Source: Escherichia coli (lineage in GTDB: Bacteria > Pseudomonadota > Gammaproteobacteria > Enterobacterales > Enterobacteriaceae). Taken from it: a stretch of DNA of 40,000 nt. Below the pieces are notes generated by a model. That model did not search any database, had not been told where the DNA came from, and saw only the letters and a program-made list of their open reading frames with translations. Position 1 is the stretch's first letter, and every line of letters starts with the position of its first letter. The translations under genes and the position numbers were made by a program. The stretch is taken from assembly GCF_003180995.1 (NCBI RefSeq), contig NZ_CP029579.1; one strand, given 5' to 3'. Shown piece by piece: positions 1 through 9,651 of the stretch.

Positions 1-2259
1 TCAAATCAATCCTGCCAGATGGAACTCTTCATATAACCGTTTTGGCGTCAGCGGCAGTGTATTGATTGCAACACCGGTAGCCATCTTCACCGCGTTACGA
101 ATAGCAGCGGCAACAGGAATTATTGGTGGCTCACCCAGTGACTTATGTCCGTATGCGGATTGCGGCTCATTGATTTCGACGAACGCGCTTTCCAGTTGTG
201 GCAGATCCGGCATGGTGGGCATTTTGTAATCCAGCAGGTTGGGGTTACGGACCACGCCGCTTTTCGCATCAATGATCATCTCTTCAAATAGCGCCCAGCC
301 AATGCCCATTCCCATTCCGCCGTGTACCTGACCTTCTGCCAGTAGCGGATTAAGAATATGGCCCGAATCATGAACGTTGAGGATGCGGTTGATGGTGACT
401 TTGCACAGCGCAATATCGATCGTCAGATCAACAAAGGTACAGCCAAACGCTGGTGGGTTAGTGGTGGTTTTGATGGAGCTTTCGGCAGAGAGCTGCCCGC
501 CGCGTTCAGGGTGGTAGAAGGCATCCATCGCCAAATCTTTTAACGACATTAACGGCTCTTCCGGTCGTTCAACCAGCACGATATGGCCTTTTATCAAGGT
601 AAGATTCATCGCTGACTGATGTAGCATGACAGCGGCGTGAGCGATGATTTTCTCCTTTAATAACAGTGCCGCACTGCGCAGCGCAGGCGCGGCAACATAG
701 CTCTGGCGTGAGGCAAATGCACCGGGATCGAACGGCGTAATGTCGGTATCTTGGGTTGAAATAACGCGAACGTCGCTGACCGGAACCCCCACGGTTTCTG
801 CCACCATTTGCGAGAAGACAGTGTCGGCACCCTGACCGATTTCTGTCGCGCCGCTTTGCACGTTGATGGTTCCATCCTGATTCATCAACAGGCGCGCGCC
901 TGCTATTTCTACGCCGACAGGCCAGGTGTTAGAGGTGTAGCTAAAACAGGCGACGCCAACGCCGCGGCGTAAATTGCCTTGCTGGTTCTGGCACTCTGCA
1001 CGGCGTTTTTCCCATTCAAAGATTTTCCGGCCTTTTTCAAGACACTCCGGCAACCCTGCGCTGTAAATACGTTTTCCTGTGAGCGGATTAGCATCTCCTT
1101 CGCGGGCGGCGTTGCGTAAACGAATTTCAACAGGATCAATACCTAACGCTGTCGCGGCGTCATCAAGCATAGACTCAACGGCAAATACGACTTGTGGCGC
1201 GCCATAACCACGCATCGCACCAGCCGAGGGGAGGTTGGTATAGCAGGTCTTTGAACTGTAAGCGTAGGCACAACGAGGATAAAGGTAAGCGACTTTATTC
1301 CCTCCCGCAGAAGCGATGGAGTGCCCGTGAGATGCATAAGCGCCGGTGTTAGACAGAACATCCAGACTATAACCTTTCAATGTTCCGTCGCGGTTCACGC
1401 CCATTTGCCCGTCAATAGTGAAAGCGTGGCGGGTACGGGTTGCGAGGAAACATTCTTCACGACTAAGGGAAACTTTCACCGGAATGCCGCCAAGCTTGCT
1501 GGTCAGGAATGCCGCCATTGGCTCTTCCAGTACATCCTGTTTATTACCAAAACCGCCACCGACAAACGGTTTGATGACTCGTACGCATGACCAGGGAATA
1601 TTCAGCGCCTGACCAACCACACGGCGAACAATGTGCGGGATCTGGGTGCTGGAAACGATGGTAATTCGCGAGTCATCCTCCATCCATGCCAGCGATGTCA
1701 CGCTTTCCATGTGACAATGTTGAATGACCGGCGTCTGATAGTGCCCCTGTACCTGGTAGTCGGCGGCATCGATTGTTTGTTGGACATTGCCCGTCGACAT
1801 CGTGCTTTGTTTTAGTAAATTGCCGCCGTTATGGATTGGTTCAGCGTCATCAGCCAGCGCCGCTTCTGGGGTGGTGATAACGGGTAATTCTTGCCACTCA
1901 ATGCTGACCAATTGCGCCGCTTTTTCTGCCGTGAGTTCATCACGGGCCACGACGATGGCAACGGCGTCTCCATGGTGACGAACATGGCGAGTTAGCAGTG
2001 CGCGATCGGCGGTATCGCGCTTGTTTTCGTCAAGTGTCCAGGCATGCCCAGCTGTAGCGAATGGGATATCAGGTACATCTTCCCAGGTAAAAATCGCCAG
2101 TACGCCTGGTAAACTTCTGGCTTGTTCATCATTAATACTTACGGCATAACCATGTGCGATAGGGCTACGTACATATTTCGCGTAACACATGCCCGCCATA
2201 ACATAATCGTCAGTATATCGTGCCCGCCCGGTGACCTTAGCAATGGCATCGACGCGCAT
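1..2259 (-). CDS. xdhA: Xanthine dehydrogenase molybdenum-binding subunit XdhA (complete; its stop codon is the first triplet of the window)
   Basis: 765-aa ORF on the - strand. Starting at the internal Met (MRVDAIAKVTGRARYTDDY...) gives a 752-aa aldehyde oxidase/xanthine dehydrogenase Mo-pterin-binding protein that I recognise as E. coli XdhA. ATG lies at 2259-2257. G+C-rich core-genome composition. Confidence 0.9.
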   Translation of the reverse strand: MRVDAIAKVTGRARYTDDYVMAGMCYAKYVRSPIAHGYAVSINDEQARSLPGVLAIFTWEDVPDIPFATAGHAWTLDENKRDTADRALLTRHVRHHGDAVAIVVARDELTAEKAAQLVSIEWQELPVITTPEAALADDAEPIHNGGNLLKQSTMSTGNVQQTIDAADYQVQGHYQTPVIQHCHMESVTSLAWMEDDSRITIVSSTQIPHIVRRVVGQALNIPWSCVRVIKPFVGGGFGNKQDVLEEPMAAFLTSKLGGIPVKVSLSREECFLATRTRHAFTIDGQMGVNRDGTLKGYSLDVLSNTGAYASHGHSIASAGGNKVAYLYPRCAYAYSSKTCYTNLPSAGAMRGYGAPQVVFAVESMLDDAATALGIDPVEIRLRNAAREGDANPLTGKRIYSAGLPECLEKGRKIFEWEKRRAECQNQQGNLRRGVGVACFSYTSNTWPVGVEIAGARLLMNQDGTINVQSGATEIGQGADTVFSQMVAETVGVPVSDVRVISTQDTDITPFDPGAFASRQSYVAAPALRSAALLLKEKIIAHAAVMLHQSAMNLTLIKGHIVLVERPEEPLMSLKDLAMDAFYHPERGGQLSAESSIKTTTNPPAFGCTFVDLTIDIALCKVTINRILNVHDSGHILNPLLAEGQVHGGMGMGIGWALFEEMIIDAKSGVVRNPNLLDYKMPTMPDLPQLESAFVEINEPQSAYGHKSLGEPPIIPVAAAIRNAVKMATGVAINTLPLTPKRLYEEFHLAGLI

Positions 2260-2713
2260 GCAAGATTCACCCGTAGCGGTTGCTTCCCGCGCTTCCATAG
2301 AAATCCCCTCGATTTGAACATTTGGTTCTTATGGCAAAGATTTAGTCTAAGCAGGCAAGATTTACGCCAGAAACGACGATAAGCGTTAGGGGAGGAAGGA
2401 AGTGTGATGACGTTAAAAAAACACAGATATGATACGAAACAGGACTCTGAATAGGGGCAGTGATACGTATCAATATGAGTGGCGATAAAATCAATGTGAT
2501 AAATCAGGATTATTACGCATCAGGATGGGAAATAGGGTAAAAAAGTCAGGAAATTCGATACCTCTGCAGCGAATATTTTGCTGATGATACTTCCCTTTGC
2601 CAAATGAAATTAACCTCTTTCTCTATTACCGCGTTTTTCGAGAAGCAAGAGATTGGGTATCCAGAGGCTGGCTGCTATGATATGGCGTCTTGTTTTTTAA
2701 GCGAGGAAAGATT

Positions 2714-3466
2714 TTGAGTGCGGGACGCCTGAATAAAAAATCTCTGGGTATCGTGATGTTGTTATCGGTTGGACTGCTTTTGGCGGGCTGCTCGGGTAGC
2801 AAGTCATCCGATACAGGAACGTATTCCGGCTCCGTTTACACCGTGAAACGGGGGGATACGCTATATCGTATTTCGCGCACCACGGGAACCAGCGTAAAAG
2901 AGCTGGCGCGACTGAACGGCATTTCCCCCCCTTACACCATTGAAGTTGGTCAGAAACTAAAACTGGGTGGGGCGAAAAGTAGCAGTACACGTAAATCAAC
3001 CGCCAAATCAACGACCAAAACCGCATCGGTTACACCGTCATCAGCAGTACCGAAATCTTCCTGGCCGCCAGTAGGGCAACGTTGTTGGTTATGGCCAACG
3101 ACAGGGAAAGTTATCATGCCGTATTCGACAGCTGATGGCGGCAATAAAGGGATTGATATCTCAGCTCCACGGGGTACACCTATTTACGCCGCGGGTGCAG
3201 GAAAGGTGGTGTATGTGGGCAACCAGCTGCGTGGCTACGGTAATCTCATCATGATTAAACACAGTGAAGATTACATTACGGCTTACGCCCATAATGACAC
3301 GATGCTGGTAAATAATGGGCAAAGCGTGAAGGCTGGGCAAAAAATCGCCACTATGGGGAGCACTGATGCGGCATCGGTTCGCCTGCATTTCCAGATTCGT
3401 TACCGTGCTACGGCAATTGATCCGCTGCGTTACTTGCCGCCTCAGGGCAGCAAGCCAAAATGCTGA
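2714..3466 (+). CDS. ygeR: LysM/M23-peptidase-domain lipoprotein YgeR
   Basis: ORF 2690-3466. SD GAGGAAAG at 2703-2710 is followed by TTG at 2714 (ATT at 2711 is also possible). Lipoprotein signal LLLAGC. LysM motif YTVKRGDTLYRISR. M23 motif GIDISAPRGTPIYAAGAGKVVY...HLHFQIR. Recognised as E. coli YgeR. The exact start is uncertain. Confidence 0.85.
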   Translation: MSAGRLNKKSLGIVMLLSVGLLLAGCSGSKSSDTGTYSGSVYTVKRGDTLYRISRTTGTSVKELARLNGISPPYTIEVGQKLKLGGAKSSSTRKSTAKSTTKTASVTPSSAVPKSSWPPVGQRCWLWPTTGKVIMPYSTADGGNKGIDISAPRGTPIYAAGAGKVVYVGNQLRGYGNLIMIKHSEDYITAYAHNDTMLVNNGQSVKAGQKIATMGSTDAASVRLHFQIRYRATAIDPLRYLPPQGSKPKC

Positions 3467-3499
3467 TGGCGAATTAATCAGCAGTCAGCAGCGCGGCAC

Positions 3500-3527
3500 T
3501 TGCTAAGGAGAGCGTAAGGTTTATAAT
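3500..3527 (+). promoter_or_regulatory. Probable sigma70 promoter of glyU
   Basis: TTGCTA (3500-3505), a 16-nt spacer, then TATAAT (3522-3527), about 18 nt upstream of the mature tRNA 5' end. The -10 hexamer sits in the loop of an 8-bp inverted repeat (GCGTAAGG 3512-3519 / CCTTACGC 3529-3536). Confidence 0.55.
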
Positions 3528-3544
3528 GCCTTACGCATCTCGAA

Positions 3545-3618
3545 GCGGGCGTAGTTCAATGGTAGAACGAGAGCTTCCCAAGCTCTATACGAGGGTTCGA
3601 TTCCCTTCGCCCGCTCCA
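3545..3618 (+). tRNA. glyU: tRNA-Gly (anticodon CCC)
   Basis: The 74-nt sequence GCGGGCGTAGTTCAATGGTAGAACGAGAGCTTCCCAAGCTCTATACGAGGGTTCGATTCCCTTCGCCCGCTCCA folds as a cloverleaf. The acceptor stem is GCGGGCG/CGCCCGC, the anticodon loop is TTCCCAA (CCC), the T-loop is TTCGATT, and the 3' CCA is encoded. Confidence 0.95.
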
Positions 3619-3850
3619 ATTTATCTTCACCTCATCAACCTGCCATTTTTGTTGTATCTGATTTTCTATATTATCTTAATTCAATCGCTTCAGACTTTTC
3701 GCAATCGCCGTAATACTTCCCCATTTTTTTGTAAATAAAAGCGTTTACGCAATGCAATCCATTTGTAACAACCCAGGTAAAATACCTTATTTTCAAGTTG
3801 TTAAATAAGTGGTTATCTACGCTTTTAACAAACGATTGATGGAATCTTTT

Positions 3851-5461
3851 ATGAAAGGGAAATCTACATTAACTCTTCTGCTCGCTGGTATATTTTCATG
3901 CGGCACATGCCAGGCGACAGGGGCAGAAGTGACGAGTGAATCTGTATTTAACATTCTTAATTCCACGGGGGCAGCAACTGATAAAAGTTATTTATCGTTA
4001 AATCCAGATAAGTATCCTAATTATCGTCTTCTGATTCACTCAGCCAAATTAAAAAATGAAATAAAGAGCCACTATACCAAAGACGAAATTCAAGGATTGT
4101 TAACATTAACAGAAAATACACGAAAGTTAACGTTGACGGAGAAACCCTGGGGAACATTTATTCTTGCTTCTACTTTCGAAGATGACAAAACAGCGGCAGA
4201 AACCCACTATGATGCTGTCTGGCTGAGGGATAGTTTATGGGGCTATATGGCATTAGTATCAGATCAGGGAAATAGTGTAGCCGCAAAAAAGGTTCTGCTC
4301 ACTCTGTGGGATTATATGTCTACGCCCGACCAGATTAAGCGGATGCAGGACGTCATTAGCAACCCAAAACGACTGGATGGAATTTCCGGGCAAATGAATG
4401 CTGTGCATATCCGATTTGACAGCAACTCCCCCGTGATGGCAGATGTGCAGGAAGAAGGCAAGCCGCAGCTGTGGAACCATAAACAAAATGATGCGTTAGG
4501 TCTTTATCTTGATCTCCTTATACAAGCAATCGACACTGGTACTATTAATGCTGAAGATTGGCAAAAAGGTGACCGATTAATATCGATTGCGCTGTTGGTT
4601 GCTTATCTGGATAAAGCCAATTTCTATGTTATGGAAGATTCTGGAGCGTGGGAAGAAGATGCCCGATTAAACACATCTTCCGTTGCACTGGTGACCTCAG
4701 GACTGGAACGTTTGTCGAACTTACTCTCGAAGAAAGACTCTGTTTTTATCTCTGATTTACTACGCGAAGCTAAAGCCAATGAACTGGATGAACCACTTTC
4801 AACAACGAGGTTGAACCACCTCATAGATAAAGGTTATGAAAGAATAACGTTACAGCTTGATTTAGGGGGAGAATCCCCAGGTTATCTGGAAAAAGATAAA
4901 CATTACAGAGAAGCCGATGCGGCTTTACTTAATGTTATTTATCCTGCAAATCTTTCAAAGATAAATACCAGAAGAAAAGAGCAAGTTCTAAAAATAGTTA
5001 AAAAACTAGCAGGTCCGTATGGTATAAAAAGATACGAGAAGGATAATTATCAGTCGGCAAATTTTTGGTTCAATGATATTAAAACTGATACCGATCAAAA
5101 TTCACATGCGAAAAGAGAAATGAGCTTCATTCCATCAACAGAAGCAGAATGGTTTTTTGACTCATGGTATGCAAAATCAGCAGCAATTGTTTATAAAGAA
5201 TCAAGAAAAGAAGAGTATTTGAATGACTCAGTGCAATTTATGAATAGATCATTGGCCCAAATAACAGGCGAGAATATGATTGGTGCAAATGGCAGGAGTG
5301 TACCTGAAATGGCACTTCCCGAAAGCTATAACTATATCCACAAGTCGGGAACTTTGCATGAAGCGCCAAGCCCTATCATTCCGCTAAATTGGTCGAAAGC
5401 TTCAATGACTCTCATGTTGAAAGAGATGTCCAACCTTATCAATGATGAGGGAATTAAATAG
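3851..5461 (+). CDS. ygeQ: Secreted GH15-family (glucoamylase-like) glycoside hydrolase; intact counterpart of the K-12 ygeQ pseudogene
   Basis: ORF 3809-5461. The probable start is ATG 3851 (or 3839), giving the signal peptide MKGKSTLTLLLAGIFSCGTCQA. GH15-type motifs are present: HYDAVWLRDSLWGY, NHKQNDALGLYLDL and EDSGAWEE (the WEE catalytic-acid region). The start codon is uncertain because both candidates have a weak SD. Confidence 0.7.
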   Translation: MKGKSTLTLLLAGIFSCGTCQATGAEVTSESVFNILNSTGAATDKSYLSLNPDKYPNYRLLIHSAKLKNEIKSHYTKDEIQGLLTLTENTRKLTLTEKPWGTFILASTFEDDKTAAETHYDAVWLRDSLWGYMALVSDQGNSVAAKKVLLTLWDYMSTPDQIKRMQDVISNPKRLDGISGQMNAVHIRFDSNSPVMADVQEEGKPQLWNHKQNDALGLYLDLLIQAIDTGTINAEDWQKGDRLISIALLVAYLDKANFYVMEDSGAWEEDARLNTSSVALVTSGLERLSNLLSKKDSVFISDLLREAKANELDEPLSTTRLNHLIDKGYERITLQLDLGGESPGYLEKDKHYREADAALLNVIYPANLSKINTRRKEQVLKIVKKLAGPYGIKRYEKDNYQSANFWFNDIKTDTDQNSHAKREMSFIPSTEAEWFFDSWYAKSAAIVYKESRKEEYLNDSVQFMNRSLAQITGENMIGANGRSVPEMALPESYNYIHKSGTLHEAPSPIIPLNWSKASMTLMLKEMSNLINDEGIK

Positions 5462-5526
5462 TTTTCATAATGAGGCGGTCCTGGATTAAAAGGACCGCTC
5501 AAAGAGAAATCGTAAGGGAGGTAAAA

Positions 5527-5706
5527 GTGATCAATAAATTACTGTTAGCTTACCTGATAGGTCTGGTTGTGACATCGACCTTAATATTTATCTTCTCGGA
5601 AGAAAAAGTAACATATCGGTTGTTTGCTGCAGTAATTACAGGGTTGACCTGGCCGCTTAGCCTCATTCCATCCATCATAAGTCTCATGATTCGTAAATCC
5701 GACTAA
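5527..5706 (+). CDS. Small two-TM membrane protein (hypothetical)
   Basis: A strong SD AAGGGAGG (5513-5520) lies 6 nt before GTG 5527, within ORF 5470-5706. The product VINKLLLAYLIGLVVTSTLIFIF...LFAAVITGLTWPLSLIPSIISLMIRKSD has two hydrophobic helices. I recognise no family. Confidence 0.4.
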   Translation: MINKLLLAYLIGLVVTSTLIFIFSEEKVTYRLFAAVITGLTWPLSLIPSIISLMIRKSD

Positions 5707-6051
5707 CAAGAAAATTATATGAACGATTAAGAAAAATAGAATCGAAAAAGAGAATAAAATATATGCAGGGAGTAACAAAACACTCGCAGTGCGTTAATGT
5801 GTAACTAACAAATATGATTTTTATTGAAAATAGTCACCAAACAAGTGTTATAAGAAATACGGGGTATGTTTAAGTAAAACATATCAACAGTTGCAATTCT
5901 GTATATGGACAGAATGACTTACTACTGTAAGTAGCTGATAGCTATTCGCTCATAACAAAATCATTATTTTATAAATAGGAATCATCACTTTTTAATCATG
6001 TTTTTATTGCAAGTTTATGGAGAATGAGAATATGGAATAAGGAGATGAAAC

Positions 6052-6801
6052 ATGATTGAAGAAGGGCTGTTACTTCCAATGAATGTTTTGCTTCAAGGAC
6101 AGAAGTTAACCCTACTGGACCCTGAAATGTGGTTCTTACGGGGAAATGAAAACAAGGATGTAACCCTTGTTATTACGATCGGTAATAACCATCAAAAATT
6201 AATGGTAGTGGAAGATATATTACTGCTCATTGACCGAAGCCAAATTGAGGTAACTGCAGGGAAAGTAATTTATCATCCACTTCGCATTGATATCCTGAGT
6301 AAATTATTAGCTTTTATAGATGAATCAACGGGGAGTGTGGAAAGGGAACACCATGAGTTGTTTGCTGATGCCTTACCCTTTGCATCAGAAGTTGTGCTAT
6401 TCAGTAAAGTTGCAAGTGAAGCCTGGTTTTTAGCCACTTATCTGAGCAGCGATAATATTAATGAAATTCTGTTTCAGCATCTAAGAAAAACAGAATGCTA
6501 TAAACTGGTTCGCTATTTATTATCGCAATCGCTCATACAGACTTCACTCTATGATCTTGGTGAACTTTACGGCGTATCGTATTCACATTTTCGCCGTTTA
6601 TGTAGTTATGCATTGGGTGGTAAAGTTAAAACGGAATTATGTGGCTGGAGAGTTGCCAGAGCCGTGTTGGAAATCATTGAAGGAAACAGTGATATGACAA
6701 CTATTGCGCATAAATATGGCTACTCATCCTCATCACACTTTTCAGCCGAAGTAAAAAGCCGGTTAGGAAAAACACCGAGAGAACTATGTAAAAAGTTATG
6801 A
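6052..6801 (+). CDS. eivF: AraC/XylS-family T3SS transcriptional activator, InvF homologue
   Basis: SD AAGGAG lies 7 nt before ATG 6052. The C-terminal AraC HTH is YGVSYSHFRRLCSYALG...IAHKYGYSSSSHFSAEVKSRLGKTPRE. It is the first gene of the inv-like block and its 3' end overlaps eivG by ATGA. Confidence 0.85.
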   Translation: MIEEGLLLPMNVLLQGQKLTLLDPEMWFLRGNENKDVTLVITIGNNHQKLMVVEDILLLIDRSQIEVTAGKVIYHPLRIDILSKLLAFIDESTGSVEREHHELFADALPFASEVVLFSKVASEAWFLATYLSSDNINEILFQHLRKTECYKLVRYLLSQSLIQTSLYDLGELYGVSYSHFRRLCSYALGGKVKTELCGWRVARAVLEIIEGNSDMTTIAHKYGYSSSSHFSAEVKSRLGKTPRELCKKL

Positions 6802-8501
6802 AAATAAAATTACGTATTACTATTATATTAATTTCAGCCTTATGCATTTTTAATGGATTATTGACTCCTGGTGCATATGCCGCAACAGCGAATGGATACG
6901 TAGCAAATAAAGAAAATCTACGTAGTTTTTTTGAAACGGTTTCATCATATGCGGGTAAGCCTACAATAGTAAGTAAGCTTGCCATGAAGAAACAGATCAG
7001 CGGAAATTTTGATTTAACCGAACCCTATGCCTTGATTGAACGCCTGTCGGCGCAGATGGGACTTATTTGGTACGATGATGGCAAAGCTATTTATATCTAT
7101 GACTCATCAGAGATGCGTAATGCGCTGATTAATCTGAGAAAGGTATCGACGAATGAGTTTAATAATTTTTTAAAAAAATCGGGTCTGTATAACTCTCGTT
7201 ATGAAATTAAAGGGGGCGGCAATGGTACTTTCTATGTATCGGGGCCACCAGTTTATGTTGACCTGGTCGTTAATGCTGCGAAATTAATGGAGCAAAACAG
7301 CGATGGCATCGAGATCGGACGAAATAAAGTAGGAATAATTCATCTGGTCAACACATTCGTTAATGATCGGACTTATGAATTACGTGGCGAAAAGATAGTT
7401 ATTCCTGGCATGGCAAAAGTACTATCGACGTTGTTAAATAATAACATTAAGCAAAGCACTGGGGTTAACGTACTTTCTGAAATTTCAAGTCGTCAACAAC
7501 TAAAAAACGTATCACGTATGCCTCCTTTTCCTGGTGCTGAAGAAGATGATGACCTACAAGTAGAGAAAATAATATCGACAGCTGGAGCGCCAGAGACTGA
7601 CGATATACAAATTATTGCATATCCTGATACCAACAGTTTACTTGTTAAAGGAACAGTATCTCAGGTTGATTTTATCGAGAAGTTAGTAGCTACGCTCGAT
7701 ATTCCAAAGCGACATATTGAATTATCTTTATGGATAATAGATATTGATAAGACTGATCTAGAACAGTTAGGAGCTGACTGGTCGGGCACGATAAAAATTG
7801 GATCCAGCCTAAGTGCATCATTTAATAATTCAGGTTCAATTAGTACCCTGGATGGGACACAGTTTATTGCAACAATACAGGCACTTGCGCAAAAAAGAAG
7901 AGCCGCCGTTGTTGCTCGTCCTGTCGTTTTAACACAGGAGAATATTCCTGCTATATTTGATAATAACCGTACTTTCTATACTAAATTAGTCGGCGAGCGT
8001 ACTGCGGAGTTGGATGAAGTAACCTATGGTACGATGATTAGCGTGCTACCACGATTTGCTTCACGAAATCAAATTGAATTACTCTTGAATATTGAAGATG
8101 GCAATGAAATCAATTCCGACAAGACCAATGTTGATGATCTGCCTCAGGTTGGTAGAACGCTTATAAGTACTATTGCGCGCGTGCCTCAAGGGAAAAGTCT
8201 TTTGATTGGTGGATATACACGAGATACGAATACCTATGAAAGTCGTAAGATCCCAATATTAGGCAGTATTCCATTTATTGGTAAATTATTTGGATATGAA
8301 GGAACAAATGCGAATAACATCGTTCGTGTCTTTCTTATTGAGCCAAGAGAGATCGATGAGCGCATGATGAATAATGCGAATGAGGCTGCGGTTGACGCCA
8401 GAGCAATAACACAGCAAATGGCAAAAAATAAAGAAATCAACGATGAATTACTGCAGAAATGGATAAAAACTTACCTGAATCGTGAAGTCGTCGGAGGATA
8501 G
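6798..8501 (+). CDS. eivG: T3SS outer-membrane secretin (SctC / InvG homologue)
   Basis: 567 aa, with signal peptide MKIKLRITIILISALCIFNGLLTPGAYA. The secretin C-domain motifs are VVARPVVLTQENIPAIFDNNRTFY...LLIGGYTRD...KIPILGSIPFIGKLF. Size and order match InvG. Confidence 0.95.
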   Translation: MKIKLRITIILISALCIFNGLLTPGAYAATANGYVANKENLRSFFETVSSYAGKPTIVSKLAMKKQISGNFDLTEPYALIERLSAQMGLIWYDDGKAIYIYDSSEMRNALINLRKVSTNEFNNFLKKSGLYNSRYEIKGGGNGTFYVSGPPVYVDLVVNAAKLMEQNSDGIEIGRNKVGIIHLVNTFVNDRTYELRGEKIVIPGMAKVLSTLLNNNIKQSTGVNVLSEISSRQQLKNVSRMPPFPGAEEDDDLQVEKIISTAGAPETDDIQIIAYPDTNSLLVKGTVSQVDFIEKLVATLDIPKRHIELSLWIIDIDKTDLEQLGADWSGTIKIGSSLSASFNNSGSISTLDGTQFIATIQALAQKRRAAVVARPVVLTQENIPAIFDNNRTFYTKLVGERTAELDEVTYGTMISVLPRFASRNQIELLLNIEDGNEINSDKTNVDDLPQVGRTLISTIARVPQGKSLLIGGYTRDTNTYESRKIPILGSIPFIGKLFGYEGTNANNIVRVFLIEPREIDERMMNNANEAAVDARAITQQMAKNKEINDELLQKWIKTYLNREVVGG

Positions 8502-8505
8502 TGAA

Positions 8506-9651
8506 ATGGCGATTCATGTAGAGCATGTCGGTGTATTAGAAAGAGCCAGAGAAGTTTCTCGCTTAGAGGACATTATCACAGAAGATAATGAAGATATTGA
8601 AGCTGAAATGCCTAAAATGGGGGATGATCCCGCCGGTAAAGAAGCTCGATTCTTACAAGCTACTGACGAGATGTCAGCAGCGTTAACGCAGTTTATGAAG
8701 AAAAAAATCTACGAAGAACAACTGGCCAACTTTCTGGACGGAGAAGAATATGTCCTGGAAGATCAGCCAATAGAAAAAACCGATAAAGTCATGGAGGCGC
8801 TTAAGGCAGCAACTACCCATGACTATGAAGTGTATAGCTTTGCTAAAAAATTATTTCCAGATGAAAGCGAACTGGTGGTTGTATTACGTGCAATTTTACG
8901 TAAAAAACAAATATCTGAAAATGTGCGGCTAAACGCTGAAGCATTACTTAAAAAAGTTAATCAAGAGACTACTAAAAAATTCATTAATAGCGGTATTAAC
9001 TCGGCATTAAAAGCAAAGTTATTTGGCCAGGCGTTGTCATTAAATCCAAAATTACTAAGGGCAAGTTATCGACAGTTTTTAATGGCAGAAGACGATGCTG
9101 TAGATACTTATGTCGAATGGATTGGTAGTTATGGCTATCAAAATAGAATACTGGTGACAAAATTTATCAAAGAGACGCTTTTCTCAGATATAAATGCACT
9201 TGATGCGAGCTGTTCATCATTGGAATTTGGTATGTTTCTCAATAAGTTGTCACAACTATTGTCTCTTCAGTCAGCAGAGGCTTTATTTCTGAAAACTTTA
9301 ATGAATAACCCAATAATTAAAAAATTTATTAGCGCAGAAGATTATTGGATATTTTTTCTGATATCGTTAATAAAATTTCCTGAGACAGCAGAGGAACTCC
9401 TGAAAAATGCACTGGTAACCCTACCCGCAGATGCTAATTATAAAGACAAAACGTTACTCCTGAAGGCGATTTACAGCGGATGTACAAATCTTCCATTTTC
9501 ACTTTTTATTAATAATGAACAATTATTAGAGATTAGGGAGTGTTGTAAACAGGCAATAAAAGTAACATTTGCAGCAGAGCTCTTTGATACACAAAACAGT
9601 AATAAAAAACAAAATAAAAAACCATGGAAGAAGGTAATGTTCAATGTTTAA
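8506..9651 (+). CDS. eivE: T3SS gatekeeper (SctW / InvE-MxiC family)
   Basis: SD GGAGGA lies 7 nt before ATG 8506. The 381-aa acidic, helical protein sits in the invE position between the secretin and SctV genes, and its 3' end overlaps the eivA start by 8 nt. Confidence 0.85.
   Translation: MAIHVEHVGVLERAREVSRLEDIITEDNEDIEAEMPKMGDDPAGKEARFLQATDEMSAALTQFMKKKIYEEQLANFLDGEEYVLEDQPIEKTDKVMEALKAATTHDYEVYSFAKKLFPDESELVVVLRAILRKKQISENVRLNAEALLKKVNQETTKKFINSGINSALKAKLFGQALSLNPKLLRASYRQFLMAEDDAVDTYVEWIGSYGYQNRILVTKFIKETLFSDINALDASCSSLEFGMFLNKLSQLLSLQSAEALFLKTLMNNPIIKKFISAEDYWIFFLISLIKFPETAEELLKNALVTLPADANYKDKTLLLKAIYSGCTNLPFSLFINNEQLLEIRECCKQAIKVTFAAELFDTQNSNKKQNKKPWKKVMFNV

Noticed and set aside
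358-2382. Numerous 60-90-aa ORFs on both strands inside xdhA
   Set aside because: They lie antisense or out of frame within a well-supported 752-aa gene. G+C-rich DNA produces long spurious frames, and none has an SD or a recognisable product.
3526-3738. 70-aa + strand ORF (MPYASRSGRSSMVERELPKLYTRVRFPSPAP...)
   Set aside because: It reads straight through the glyU tRNA gene, and the 'protein' is simply the tRNA translated. It has no SD and is spurious.
5470-5526. Longer start (ATG 5470) for the small membrane protein
   Set aside because: The first 19 codons overlap a hairpin, lack an SD and encode a highly basic non-membrane leader. GTG 5527 has an excellent SD and begins at the hydrophobic region.
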